Source: Eledone cirrhosa (lineage: Eukaryota). Taken from it: a stretch of 64,000 nucleotides of DNA. Shown here one piece after another: positions 15,033 through 32,232 of the stretch. Both the position numbers and the translations under genes were made by a program. Each line of letters starts with the position of its first letter. Positions within the stretch are counted from its first letter, which is position 1. Location: contig OZ024749.1 of assembly GCA_964016885.1 (NCBI GenBank), positions 49,104,001-49,168,000 of the forward strand. Direction: 5' to 3'. The notes below the pieces were generated by a model, which made no database searches, had not been told where the DNA came from, and saw nothing but the letters and a program-made list of their open reading frames with translations.

Positions 15033-15037
<5 letters not shown>
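14883..15037 (+). repeat. Dispersed repeat family C (about 155 bp); other copies at 18700-18890, 19428-19452, 44537-44697 and 47724-47790
   Basis: Shared cttaaactttaatctgttatttt...ctctacggttcttatatatttgat...ccttatcgagccc. Most copies abut (TA)n. Confidence 0.85.
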
Positions 15038-15098
<61 letters not shown>

Positions 15099-15168
15099 TT
15101 GTATGTATGTATATTTGTATGTATATATATATTTATGTTTACATACGTATACGTGTATATATATATAG

Positions 15169-15205
<37 letters not shown>

Positions 15206-15804
15206 ATATATTATATATATATAAGGATTTATCAGATGATATCGCTAATTCTTGCATTAGTCTCGTAGTCTCTTTCATGATAGGCAAGAGGTAAACATTT
15301 CATGATTTAGATATATTACAATATCACATTACATGATTGATAAGAACAGTAACTAATATGCCACACCATTATAACCTTTTTGCCATATTACATTTGCTAT
15401 TATAAAAAAAACCCAAAATCAAATTCGATAACTGAAATATTCTATGAAGGAATGATTCTCAGTTTCTCTACAATCAATAATATATAATTCATATACTTTC
15501 AAGGTATTGTTGTTATTTTTCATCATTTTAAGTGGCACATTTCCCAATGCTGGTCTTTCAAATGTTTCCCTAAATATAATAGATAACCAAATTCTACATT
15601 AGCCGTTACGTTACAATTCAATACCATAGAATATTTGCGTTGCAGCATTAAATGAAATAAACAATAGATTGTTGTTTAGACTTTCAAGAAATGGATATTA
15701 TCTCCGATAATATTATTTCATTAGACATATCTGATGTTGCTAATCGCAGACAGGTTTCTGCTGATGTTTTCAATCTACAAAAGGTTCCCATTATTTGTGT
15801 TATA

Positions 15805-15903
<99 letters not shown>

Positions 15904-16047
15904 GTGTGTGTGTGTGTGTGATTTTTTTATATGTACGTATCTCATTAACGCACCACTTATTTTCTTTCCTTTCATTTTGTTTGCGTACATGATAACATCA
16001 ATAACAATAATAACGATAACACAAAGACAATTATAATTACAATAACA

Positions 16048-16125
<78 letters not shown>

Positions 16126-16682
16126 AATGATAACACTAATAATAATAATAATAATAATAATGATAATAATAGTAATGACAATAATAATAATAAAAACAAA
16201 AACATTAACAAAGATGATAATATACACAACTAAACATATGACAACTGCTATATTTATATTATATTATAATTCAAAACATTATGATATATCTCCGGGCCAG
16301 ATTGTTGATAGAAGCATCTGGAAAGTCTATGAATCTGTTGTCGAGTAATCTTTGATATGAACATAAATAATCCATTGTCATTGCGTTAGTGTGTTTGTCA
16401 GCTAATTGGGTTAACATCAAGTGAACTGACTATTCAAAACCGTTAAGAAGAAAAGGTAGAAAACAAACGTTTCTGTTCAGAAAATAATATATTTATTATG
16501 CATTCTAATGTAAATACATTAGTTGTAATTCATTGAAACAAAACTGTGTATGCGTTGTCTTGTTTTCGCTATAGTTTGTTCTTGTTTCCGTTTTTTTTTT
16601 TTATTATTCATTTATTTTACGAATGGCAACGGAGCAGCTGCATTTACAATACATATCTATATATCATTGTCGTTGTTGTAGC

Positions 16683-16731
<49 letters not shown>

Positions 16732-17313
16732 GGTGTTGTTGTTGTCATTGTTATTGACAAATTTACAAACACGGTTATGTCAAGAATGAGAAACATCGCA
16801 AAAACCATGCATCAAAATACTGAAGTTTAAGCAATATATTTCCTGTTAAAACGTATGTTCTACGGCTCCATAAACCACAATATATATCTATTATCTACGA
16901 TAATTTCATCATCTACATCTTGCGTTTGAAGTTTATTCGCTTGTCTATTTTAATTATGACAGATGCTCTTATATTACAATTATAGATGAATTATTATAAA
17001 TTTATCCCACTTTCTATCAGTACGTAAGAAGAACCTTGGAGGAGAGAATTTACAAAAGCTAGAGTAACAGTAAAAATTCGTCAGTTATTTATTGAAAATT
17101 ATGTAAAACGTATAGGTCATTGGCCCAAAGAACAATACGAAATTTGACTTTCCCCGAATAACATCGGTAAATAGGTAAAGTGCCGTGATTAAAACATTCC
17201 TCATGTCAAAGATCCAACATTGATATGTGCTAGAGTTAAAGGAAAGAGACATGATACGGAAATACATGTCATGCACCAAGTAAGCAAAACTCTGTAGTTC
17301 TGGTATTATTTTA

Positions 17314-17435
17314 GTGGATTGGCAGTATTGGCAGAGGGTCGAACGCCATTCATTGCAGCAAAGAGTTACGGCCTGTTATAGTCTGAGTTCAAATGCCGCC
17401 TCATCCGTACGGATGCCAAAAGTAGAAACAATTAT
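17314..17435 (+). mobile_element. SINE family A, internally deleted, 12-bp TSD
   Basis: Head and tail are present but most of the core is missing. tattattttagt at 17304-17315 and 17433-17444. Confidence 0.8.
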
Positions 17436-17870
17436 TATTTTAGTAAATGTTATCTATATTATAGATAACATTTCTTTATAGTTTCTAAGGTTGTAAACCG
17501 ACCTATATAACGTATTTCACATGTAGGTTGTGATTTACACTACAATTCTCAGAATGCAAGATATCATACTAATGTATATCATGGTGTTCATTTCAGAAAT
17601 ACTTCAGGTGACTTTCTCATATATGTAGTTCTTTGTTGTAAACGTACCGAAATATAATGGCAACTATTTATATTGTAATGAGAATTAGGTTGTCGGTGTG
17701 CGAGAGTGTGTGCACTCATGAAGATATTAAGGTTGATTTACAAAATTGTGTAATCTGCAGGCAAATTATTATCAGCACTATTCACATGGTCAGGAAGGGA
17801 ACACTAGTCTACAGCTAATTACTAATGTATGCATTCTGATTAGTGTCTTCTGGTATGTTACTTACGTCTG

Positions 17871-17945
<75 letters not shown>

Positions 17946-18230
17946 GTATACATATAAGAAGTGATGTATATATATGTATATAAATATCCAATATATATAT
18001 ACATGACTACTTAGATTTTATAGGTGAGAAATAAAACAGAAATACATTTTATGTTTTTGGTAATTAGTAGTGAAGCATGTAAATGAGAAAATGGCCTAGC
18101 GTTTCATACATCAAAATAAGAATAATGCTGATATCTGAATGTTCTACTTATTTGCATGCCGCTTATAAATTTGGAAATGTTGTATGAAGTTGATTAAATC
18201 GTCTTTTGGGGCACGTGATACATTGATTTA

Positions 18231-18345
<115 letters not shown>

Positions 18346-18406
18346 AAATATATAGGTTTACATATATATAAACTATTTTATCAAATGATTCTGTGGACGT
18401 ACTTTC

Positions 18407-18463
<57 letters not shown>

Positions 18464-18471
18464 TTGTTATA

Positions 18472-18513
<42 letters not shown>

Positions 18514-18527
18514 CATATATTGTTATA

Positions 18528-18589
<62 letters not shown>

Positions 18590-18603
18590 CATATATTGTT
18601 ATA

Positions 18604-18660
<57 letters not shown>

Positions 18661-18922
18661 GCATATATATATACAGACATATATATGTATATCTATATAG
18701 TAATAATAATATATGGTAAGACTAATATCCAGAGCGGGCTCGATAAGGATAAATATTTATCAAATATATAAGAACCCTAGAGCAAATATTTATTAAAAAT
18801 AACAGATTAAAATTGAAGCAAAGCATCGCTAAGATCCTGTTAAGTGTGAAATCATCGATTCTTTACTTAAACATTAATCTGTTATTTTAATATATATATA
18901 CAAGTATGTGTGTGTGTATATA

Positions 18923-19331
<409 letters not shown>

Positions 19332-19375
19332 TTCCTTTAATATATATATAAATATGTATATATATATATATATAT

Positions 19376-19434
<59 letters not shown>

Positions 19435-22208
19435 TAACAGATTAAAGTTTAAGGAATCCACATCAATTCTTTCAAAAGTTTGATCCCGAGATCTACAGTT
19501 ACTCACACTAACTAAACAACTTGTATTATAGGTATTCAGTGATTACATCACAACGAAATATTGGATATTCAGGTTAGAAACAATTGTGGACAAATATGGC
19601 ATCATATCAGCCGTCTATTCAGTATCTTTCGAAATAATTTGGATTTTTGCCCGGTTGAAAATATATATTTATTTTCAGATCCCGAACAAATGAAATTACT
19701 TGAATCAAAAATACATCACTATTTAATTCTTCTAATTTCACAGCCAATTCTTTTTAAGATCCAATTCCATTTAGCTTCGAATTTCTTTAGTTTGGGATAA
19801 TTTCTTTCTTTCTAATACAAGATTTATTAGCATAACCAGAAAAAAAAATAACAGCTATCACAAATGTTGCAAATAGAATATGTATTTCAACTTGAAACCA
19901 TACACACAGTGAACAACAAATTTTCAAACGAAATTATTTCGTAGCAAATCTATATTTTCCGCTGATGTCAAATCTAAAGGCAATTCCAACTAAATGCATT
20001 GTTACTAATATATGATTTATAACATTGAATTTCAACTGGGGCAGCCGGAATAACAAGTATACTGCCATGAAAAATTAAGAAGCGTAATAGATCTGTCTAA
20101 CTAAATCCCCACTGTACAGTAGAGTGCCACTCTGTGTCTGCTGTCTAGTAACCAAGCCTGTGTATATGTATGTGTGTAGGGGAATATTCGAGACATATAT
20201 GGATGGGTGTGTCCCCTGTTAGAACGCTTTTAGTCATAATTCCCATCATTCACAGCCGATCAGACGTCTCAACTGTAACAATATTAGCTTTCATGTACAT
20301 ATACACTGTATTATCATGAGAATATTTCTGAATGAGATAAAAATGTCCGATTCTGATTCCATAAAGTGAGTTTAATATATTTGTTTATTCTAGTAAGAAA
20401 TTGGGTCGAATTATCTGCTTGACTAAATTTATATTCTCTTACGTATATAACAAAATACATTTCTAAAGTTTGTGAATGAAGAAAAGGAACGGTAACTATA
20501 TTCAGATCATTTAGTCATATATCAGAATTAATATTAATGTGAAAAAAGAATGATTTCTACCCAGGAAGCTTGGGATATTGTTCTGTAGGTGTCGAGGATA
20601 TTAAAGGAAGATGGGGGAATGGTGGAAACATTGTGACAATGTTTTTCATTTATTTTGTCTGTCTGGCAGACTTAGATACGTACATAAATCAAAATGTAAT
20701 CATTCAAGTATCGTAGATTTCATGTGGACATTGATCCCCCAGAGACTATGAAAACCGTACTGAGATTTAAGTGAAATGTTGTTCTTTCTTTTTTTTTTTT
20801 TCTTTTTGCTTTTATAAATAATGTACGCCGAACTAGATTGTGTAAAATGTCATATTATTTAAGACCTTATAAGATGGAGATTTAATAGATTTACGAAATA
20901 TTACATGGACAAATAACCTTTTTAGTAAAAGTTTCTGTTTCCTACGTGCCCGCTAAACAAGCAGGAACCTCAAGAAAGTCAATATAATTGCAATGAACTA
21001 TCCTCGAAATGATCAATAAAACTTACATTAATCAGTCCCCAGCTGTGTCTCACATTTGTGTATCGACACTCAGCATATCTGCCACTGTGCTCGCCTGTTT
21101 TTCATATTAATTAATTTGTTTATGCCACATTCAGAAACATTTGATTTACAGTTTCACATATAAGTTCTATCCCAACCAATCCTTGCATGCTGCTATGACA
21201 TTTTCAATATAGTTCCCTGCCACAATTACATTTAATTTATGGCCCAGTTCTATTTGCATTCTTAACACAAGTTCCTTGCGTCGTCTTTTCTGTGTACACA
21301 GGCTAATCCCCTTCAATCTACACTAATTTATTGAAGAAAGTCCACAATTGGTTATGCATTCCGTAGTATACTATTTCCGAGAAAATATTTAACAGGAAGT
21401 ATATCGGCAGGAGCTGAGCACCAACTAAATAATATTAGAAATGTAATAGGAATATAAAATGTTATGGTATTGTAGATTTTCTTCGGTAAATCAGTTCACC
21501 CCAATCAGATAGTTTTTGAGACATGAGTTTCTGCTTTGCATACATATCTAGAAAAAAATGTATCCAGTGCCAGAAACACATCACAAGGGCCTGAAGGAAA
21601 CTACTAGTAGTTGAAAATTCTAGATTCAGCTGACAGATGTGTGTGTGTGTTTGTGTGCGTGCGATTGCCTTTGCCTTTTATGTTATTGCATGCATATTAG
21701 AATATCCTCTCAGAATTACCAACGAATGTTCAAGCTGCTGACATCTAGAATTACCAACAGTATATGGAAAAAAACCTGCGCAACGAGAGAGGGGATGAAC
21801 AGGAAAACATTGAGAAGGAATAGCACACTCTGGTATAACATTTAAATAATAATAAATTTATACATGTCTATTTCAAAGTCTTGAATGTATCCTAAAGACT
21901 TTTACCCTTGCAGATAGGTGGTTCGAATTTTAGAGAGCAGAAATATATAATGTCATCATACTCAAAACGTAATTGCAAGTTTCTTTTAACATTTCCACTG
22001 GAGTTCGACAACATATACAACTTTATCACATACAACTTTTCTGTTATTAGAAACAATATATATAAATGCATGTATGTCTGCATTTCGTGGGTGAAACTGT
22101 GTTAGTATAATTAGTCAGGTTTATAATACTAATATTAGCGTGATTGATAAAAATGAAAGTAATGTTTTATTCATCGTAAACGCTCTCGCTCTCTCTCCCA
22201 CTACTCTG

Positions 22209-22353
<145 letters not shown>

Positions 22354-24548
22354 CATTCTTCCTAATCAGAAGGATTGTATACGGCATATTTTTTATCAAG
22401 ATTTGTATTTTGGCCGTTATTATATCAAACGACTGATTATAAATGTATTACTAACTATTATATTTCAATATGTCACTCTCACACGCCAGCTTCCTTGGCT
22501 CTCAACTAGATATATGTACACTAAAGTTAGGAAATTGGTGAAATACGTGCTTAAACGTGACAGATTGTGTGACAAATTGGAGAATTGTAAACATTATGAA
22601 GATAGCTTGTATATTAAATAGCAATGATGAATGGAGACTTATAACAACATCGGTACACTTCTCATAGCTTGTCTGGCTGGCTGGCTGGTATTAAGAGTTG
22701 ATAAGAATATATGCACCCTTCAAGCTGAAGTTATGTTACACTGGCGCCATCAGATTACTGACCAAATTCATTAATTCTTTTTTAATTCTTCTCTACTGCT
22801 TTATTAACATGATCTTCTATTTAAACAATACCTCGCAGATAAATTAATAGTGTTACAGAAGAGGTTCTCCTCATTTACTATATTACTTTCGAATCAATCG
22901 ATTAGAAATTCGATTCGAGGAATTCTTCATGTCTTTGTCATTGAAAACTTATATAACATTTATTTCATTATATGTTACGCAATAGCCAGTATTCAACCAT
23001 GCATGCAAATCATAAAATAACTAGGCTTTTCATACGAAACTTCTTGTTAATGAGCACCTATAGCTAAAGAATAAAAATAACAGTAATATCAATATGATCA
23101 ATTAATTTATAAAATGGTTGTACATTACTTATTCCCAAAATATATTTGTCCAAATTGGTTTTCGGTTTTAATGATGAGGATTGCCACTACAGTAAGTTAC
23201 TCCAGCATGTTATAATCTGTGCAGATATCGACTGAGGTAAACATGCTCTGAATACGTAACGCAGCTACATGGCCATATAACGATGAATGTTTCTGTCTCC
23301 ATAGCGAGCAAGTCATACGTATTACTTAATGTTAACGAAAACTTTTCTAGTTAACTATCGTCTCAATTTGTTTAGGAGATTGAATGATTAACTGTAATAA
23401 AAGGTTTTACTTGTCCCTAACTTGCGGAATTAGTATGAGCTTTATTCATTCGAAAATAATTATAATCCTGTGAAACAATCTGATTTATTCCCAATATACT
23501 GTATACATGTCCCTACATAAAACAATTAATAGAAGTAGGAAAAACAAACAAAGAAGCCCTCATGTTGCTTCTCTTCAAAATACCACCATAACGAAAATAA
23601 TTTGATCAGATAATCGTATTCTAGACATAAATATGTAACACCAAAAAGAAAGTCAGGGTGGTCACGATTGGAGTGTATTTGATACTATAACTGCTGAATC
23701 AGCTGTCGTATTTGGGCTAAATAACTGCAACAGAACCGAATAATATTTGTATAGATATGGTTTTAGAAACATGTATCGTCTTTTATGTAAGCATGTTTGG
23801 GGCACAAATGCAGCGATATACACATACATAGACACGCGTGAGAAACAGAGATAAAATCTGAGAGAGAGAAAGAGGGGTAGAGAGGGAGAGACTTTGAGTA
23901 TTATTAGTGTGAGAATGAAATACTTGTGGATAGGAGTATCTGAGCGTGTATGTCGCAGTAATTGTGTGTTTTACACTATATATTTTCTCCAATCAACATA
24001 TATTGACGTCAAATACTTTGAACATTTTATGAATTGTTATTTATTTTTTACCTCGCTGATAAATTTATATTAATAACTTTCGTAATCTGTCAGATATTTG
24101 TTGTTGTGTCTTCTGTTTGAAATATGCATTAATATAACGCCACTAGACGTAAGACATTTTCTTCGTAATTAAAATATATCTAATTTTAGTTCTATATTTT
24201 AAAATTATATTTCCTGATCGCATGTCAAGATAATAGAAAATTGAACATATTGTTTAGAATGTGAAAAATTGAAAAAAATAAATTATTTCACTTATTAAAA
24301 TGCAGATTTCAATTTACTTTTAGTTATTAATTTAAATAAATGTATTAAGATTTCAACTTTTATAGCTCATTTCGTTCAACGCATACAACCATATAAATAC
24401 TGAGTGAATGAGACAGCTATATAGATCGGAACATTTGAATGTCTTTTAAGCCATTCGAAAAGGATTGCGTCGCTACTTTTAATGACTGAATTGTATATCT
24501 GACAGCAATAAATTGTATAGCATTTTATACATTCAAGCCGACACATAC

Positions 24549-24598
<50 letters not shown>

Positions 24599-25431
24599 TG
24601 TGAGAGTGTGTGTATGAGGAGGATATATTTCTATTGCAATCCATCAGGGTACTCTTAAGCGTCAAACAATTGGGAGTCATTGATAATCATGGTTATAGTT
24701 ATGACAGAGAAAATACATTTTACCTACTTGTTCGAGCTGCTAAAAAAGCAGGCAGGCTGATTTGAATTTAGTTAGACCAGAAAAAACCAAAACCTATTGA
24801 CACGGGGCATTTCACCCAACGCACTCATAATGTTGCTAAACCAACATCCTAATATTTACGAACACTGTTTATGGAGAAAACTATTTCCCTTATCGTGAAA
24901 TTTATATATATATATTATTTTACAAATCATGGGAAAAATTATGTTTGTGTATGGGTTAGATCGTTATCAAATATTTAGGATATAGATAATTGATCGTGTT
25001 TTCAATTTAGGTCTAATTCCAAGTGTAATTAAACAATCTGAGTCTCAGTTTTGGTGACGGCTATTTTCCACTGCGCTACGTAACATAAGTACATTTCTTA
25101 TAGTTTTTATAAGAGCTTATTCCTTTTAGAATTTTACATAGCTTCACTCTAGTTCACACTATCTGCATTGGTCTATCTCTATAACATATATTTACAAATG
25201 CATTTACTTGTTTAAAATTAACTATTACATTGAAAACAAATATTTCTCTATAAATATATGATAAATTATATACGTACAATGATGCAGCTTTACATCGAAA
25301 CATTTGATACTTGTACAGACATTATATTTAATGTTCATACATTAAAATTAATAGGTTGCCAGGAGGCAATTATAAATTAACTTACGACAAGTACCACCTC
25401 TAATAACACCACCACCACCTCTACTACTACA

Positions 25432-25514
<83 letters not shown>

Positions 25515-26029
25515 TACTACTATCATTATTATCATTAAGTACAACTACATGCAACAGAGAAACAGAACCGAACCAAGCGAAATAACCCAATAATAATAAT
25601 ATCTTGCCTTAGTACACAGAAGCGAAATAGCTTCTTAGAGAATTGAAACATCGTAAATCTCAAATAATGTTACGAAATTGGAAAATGTCTACTGAAATGT
25701 TTGATCTATGACTATTTCTGAATAGGGGGTTTAAAAGAAAACACCACCCATTAAAGTCATCTGGTATCTATAGTACAATTTCAATGTCAGGGCAGCTCAA
25801 ATTTATTGATTTATTCGTGTCTGTCTTAAAATGTACATATTGTATGACACTTATTCCCAACAGCTGAGTGTGGAGAGAGAATATAGAATTAAAAACAATA
25901 GCTAATAAATACATGGAGTAAAGGGTCTTGTATAAATACATACAAGATCGAAACACAAATAATGGCTGGCAAGGCAGTCCTGTTTTATTTCGTCTGACTA
26001 AACAATGGTATTCATAAAACAGCATGATT

Positions 26030-26112
26030 AATAATTGTTTCTACATTTGGCACAAGACCAGCAATTAACCAGTTCATTACTGGTACTTTATTTTATCGAC
26101 CCCGTAAGGATA
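26030..26112 (-). mobile_element. SINE family A, 3' fragment
   Basis: aattgtttctacatttggcacaagaccagcaatt...tttatcgaccccgtaaggat. Confidence 0.8.
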
Positions 26113-26534
26113 AAAATAATGAGAGTAGATTTAGTTTTAAAGTTTATATAGTAATTTCATTAGAAGTCAAGGAAACGAGGCGGCAAAGCCTGAATCGATT
26201 CGGAACTCATTCATCATTTGTTGGAAAGAATGGAAAATAAAATAATTTAAAGCGAGTGATGCAGAATTAATATACATTGCTCGTTATCTGAATTCCTTTG
26301 GGATTTCTACAAAAGAAATGAAGCAATCCACATAATTTGCTAGTATAACTGGCGGTAATATGTTTGATTGTAATGTGCTGATACTTCATACAAAAATAGG
26401 TTCCTAGCTACGCGCTTTCACAAACGTAACACAATTTCTATTTTAGAATATTTTTACATTAAAAAACCCAACTAATTTCGGAAGTAGTAACAGTAGCAGT
26501 AGCAGTAGCAACAGCTGTAGTATTAGTATTAATT

Positions 26535-26572
<38 letters not shown>

Positions 26573-28289
26573 TGTTGTTGTTGTAGTTGTTGTAATTGTT
26601 TGTTCTTGCTGTTACTATTGTAATGTTTGTTATGGTGTTGTCATTACAAAAGAAGTGTTCTTAGACCTGGTATGAATTCACAAATAACACTACACGATTT
26701 GATCTCTGATATATAGAAGTTGTTGTTTAGTCTCTAAATTGTGCAAGGTATTCTGATCTTCAGATATTGGAAAGCAGGCTACATGTCCTTTATTTCGGTG
26801 TTTCATCGCATTTTGTTTCAATCGTGTACATGAAGCTCCTTTAAATATATACTGTCGCAATCATATAGAAACACACATGTGGGATTGACAGGCGTGTGAC
26901 CTTTTAAAACTGATTGCGTATGGGGAAACACTTTGGACAGCGTGTACATTGTTCGGTTTTCTTTGAGAGATATATTTCGTTTCTGACATGCTTGAATTTG
27001 AGAGAGAATTTAATATTACATCAATAGTAAATATAAGCTTTGTATGTTGCGGCAAAATAGTTAATTCATTGTAAACACAATTCTATGAGTGTTTATACAC
27101 ATAAGCTGCATTTTTAATTTCAGTACATTTATCTTAAGCTGGTTGTTCGTCAATAGGAGCGTAATAATAGATAAGTTGCCTTAAATTCGTGGCTCATGAT
27201 ATTACCAATCAATGCTGCATCAAAATATTGGTAGATTATTTCAAAGTACCTAACGAAAATTGTTTCTCTTAAGAAGGACTATTTAATATATATTAATATA
27301 TTATTATCCTAAATATTTTAGCCTCCAGTTACATACAACTGGAATTATATATAACAAGAATTACTTGTAAACTTGTAACGATTTATTAACAATTATATTG
27401 TGCGAAGAAATGGCTGTACGTTGACTTTAACTCCTTTAGAGCGTCAGATAGCTTTCCCTATGGAATTGATTGGGCTCGTTGTGATTTGACTAACCATAAT
27501 TTCAGGATCCTCTTAGACTTAATCTACCCGGAGATTAAATAAAGCTTAGCGAATTATCAGACAAAATCCCATTATTTTGATCAAGATCGGATCCATTATA
27601 ACCTACTTAGTAATTAATTGTATCATGCGTTAGTAGGAAAAGATCGATAATAAAACATTGCTTAAAATTGATAAATCCTGTGACATTTCAAAGAATTCTA
27701 AATTGAATGTTGTACGATTAAACAATGGCAATCCATATGACTTGTTCCTTCCTCGTTCTTATCTTGAAGTATAAAGAATTGTCGGTTTTCCTTTTTCCTA
27801 AGCTACCATCCTAATGAATATTAATTTATACTATTTAGTTCTTCAACATCATTGGATTTCTATATAACATATACTATACGTTGAACTTCTTTATTCTTAC
27901 GAAATGTTACTTTCGTTAAATAAATATCTAAATGAGATTAAATATTATTATTATTATTACACAGATTATGTTACAGGTGAATCGAAATACCTTACCGTTG
28001 TGAAGTAGCATTCTAAATGATAATATATAATACAATTTATCTGAAAAGAATTTCGACAAATTCATCTGACATTTCAAATTAATCCAGTTAGTGCGTATTT
28101 AACATTCGATGTTTGATGTACGATAAATCTCTCTCTCTCTCTCTCTAGATACATATATATATATATATATATGTCTCACACACACTCTCTCTCTCACACT
28201 CTCTCTATTCCTACTACTACTCCCGTGTAAATAATATCTTCCGCATCTATCTGTGGCGTTATATCTCAAGCTCTCTACTATGTTTGTCC

Positions 28290-28415
28290 TATTACGGTCT
28301 GAGTTCAAATCCCGTCGAGGTTAACTTTGCCTTTCATCATTACGGGGTCGATAAAATAAAGTACCAGTAATGCACTGAGTATTTGCTGGCCTTGTGCCCA
28401 AAGTAGAAACAATTA
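28290..28415 (+). mobile_element. SINE family A, 5'-truncated copy
   Basis: B-box gagttcaaatccc, core and tail are all present. Confidence 0.85.
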
Positions 28416-29265
28416 TATTTTGAAATAAGTTGCTTCACCACAAATACGTAGTATACTCAATATACATTGTGGAATTATTTATATTTATTAAATTAGAGCT
28501 GATAAATATTTTAAAAACCCTATTATGATGATTATTAAATTGAACATCTTACAGAAAGAAATGATATCTGAAATTTACATATCGACTCATAATTTGAAAT
28601 CTGTATATTTGAGAATACATCTAATACAATAGATGTTGGGAGGATGACTTCTAATGAATTAATACCAAAATTAATTGTTTGTTCCGCGTGTATAAAACAA
28701 TGTATAATTGAATGAAACGATGTAAACTGAAGTATTTATTCATCGATCTTTGAATATTACACATTAGAAAGAATATTAGCACTTCGGATGAATTTCAATT
28801 GTGGTATTTGCTCAGGCTTTTTACATGTTTAAATCAGTCGATCAACTTTATATTCCATCGTTCCAGACTCACTAAATTAAAGTACTAGATTAGTAGAGAG
28901 GCTGATGTAAACTGGTTCAAAGTTCACTCCATGAAACTAGCCTTGTGTATTAGAAATAAATATTACATATTGCCATCACAAATCTGAAACATTTAAAGAA
29001 ACGCACTGGGATTAACTGGAATCGAAAGGGGCATCACTCTTTAATATACGCTAGTTATTAGTACTTTCCACTTAATTTACACTATCAAAAATTGTTGATT
29101 TTTTATATCTACAATCAGGTTTTCAAATAAATTATAAACTACTTCGAATTTTTAATCAGCTCTTGGAGGCAATATAACGTAATATTACACCGTAAGACAT
29201 GTTCTCCATCTACTACGTGTTATTAATTCTGGCAATATTACGCAAATATGACCCTCCCCAAATAT

Positions 29266-30100
<835 letters not shown>

Positions 30101-30103
30101 TTT

Positions 30104-30198
<95 letters not shown>

Positions 30199-30351
30199 TA
30201 GATATAGATATATATATATATAGAGAGAGAGAGATGTGTGTGTGTGTGTGTGTGTGTGTATTTATGTGCGTGTGTGTGTATATATGTACGTGTATGGTGA
30301 GAAATGGCACCTCATAGACGGCACCAGCAACAACATAATTAGTAGTAGTAT

Positions 30352-30404
<53 letters not shown>

Positions 30405-30654
30405 ATTATAATTTGTAACGTTGTTTTCCCTTATGAATATACATAGTGAAACTCCATCAAATTTATACCGGGTGAATATCAGGGCAACTATATTTATTTG
30501 ACAGCTAATTCCGTCTTTTAGTGCAATTCCAGTTCAGGAAATGGGATTCTACGAGGTTATTGAGGGAATAAAACATTAAAAAAAACATATACATATGTAT
30601 ATTTATATATATAGCTGCAGAGACAGATACATATGGAGAGATAAATATATATAG

Positions 30655-30693
<39 letters not shown>

Positions 30694-30777
30694 GAGATAT
30701 ACATAGATAGATGGATAGAGATACATAGATATATAACTATATATATAGATAGATAGATAGAGAGAGAGAGATAGGGA

Positions 30778-30860
<83 letters not shown>

Positions 30861-31223
30861 GAAAGGTCGTAGGAAAATATACGTACAAAATATGAGGTAA
30901 AGAAAGAAATACAGAGGAACTGAGAGAGAAGTATAAGGAGAGACTAAGAAAGCTGGAAAATAGTGAAAGACAGCTTCAAATATAAATTCACTGAAATAAA
31001 GTGCATTTTCACACAAAAATTAAATCAATAGAAATAATACAATGCAGTATATAAATTCATAGAATTGGTATTGAGTGATGCATGCACGTGGTGATCTCTG
31101 ATATAACGAAGTTTATATTTAAAATTGTTATAGATTTCCACAAGAAGAATAGATATATTCTGTGAAATGTTTTCTTTCTCACCTGTATCCAAATCCTTTC
31201 TGCTAAATAATTTAAATTATGTA

Positions 31224-31262
<39 letters not shown>

Positions 31263-31462
31263 NNNNNNNNNNNNNNNNNNNNNNNNNNNNNNNNNNNNNN
31301 NNNNNNNNNNNNNNNNNNNNNNNNNNNNNNNNNNNNNNNNNNNNNNNNNNNNNNNNNNNNNNNNNNNNNNNNNNNNNNNNNNNNNNNNNNNNNNNNNNNN
31401 NNNNNNNNNNNNNNNNNNNNNNNNNNNNNNNNNNNNNNNNNNNNNNNNNNNNNNNNNNNNNN
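31263..31462. other. Assembly gap (200 N) within (CTA)n
   Basis: N run. Confidence 1.
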
Positions 31463-31468
31463 GATGTA

Positions 31469-31531
<63 letters not shown>

Positions 31532-31578
31532 GCTGATGATGATGACGGTGATGAGGTTACTACTACTACTGCTAATAA

Positions 31579-32232
31579 TGATTTCATTTATTGGCCACAA
31601 GGGCCGACATATAGGGGACAGTACAAAAGACTGGGACAGTGGGGTTTTACAGAAAAATCGAGTAAAGAATATGAATAACAATAACAAAGTAACAAGAAAA
31701 ATACAAGACACATTCCCCAATAGGGCGATGACCACCCAGGGTTCGCACAGGTACCCCACCAATCCTAAACGACCCGACGCTTCGAGAGCACCTTACATGA
31801 CCAGAGTAGGCCCACTGACATGGGCCATTCTAGCCACATTCACCCACCTTTCAGCAAATGTACTGGGGGCCAGCACATATCTCTCCACCCTCACCTTCCT
31901 TTCCAAGGGAAACTTGAAAAAGTTGATGAGCGATTGGCCGAAGAGAAAAGTGTCTGTCTTCAGTCCTTTCAACCTCGTCCACCATACAACCTCTTTCGCT
32001 ACTGCCACCAGACAGAGGAAAATTGCCTGCCCTTCCTGGCCAAAGGAAGGCGGCGGGTTGATCTTCACTATGGACTGGGCCGAGAGCCGGATCCGTCCTA
32101 CACGCGACAACAGCTGTTCGACATAACTCCACAAGTCAGTAATGCACGGAAAATGGACGAGTGCGTGCAGAACGGTTTCGTAGCTCTGCGCGCATCTTGG
32201 GCAGGTCTGTCTGACAGCACTTCCGTGCTTGT
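31579..32232 (-). mobile_element. 3' fragment of an L1/Tx1-type LINE (ORF2 C-terminal zinc-knuckle region and 3' UTR), inserted in (CTA)n
   Basis: Minus strand reads CPRCAQSYETVLHALVHFPCITDLWSYVEQLL...AKEVVWWTRLKG to a stop at 31793. The 3' end carries aataaa. Similar tactacta...ctaataat tracts flank both sides. Confidence 0.8.
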
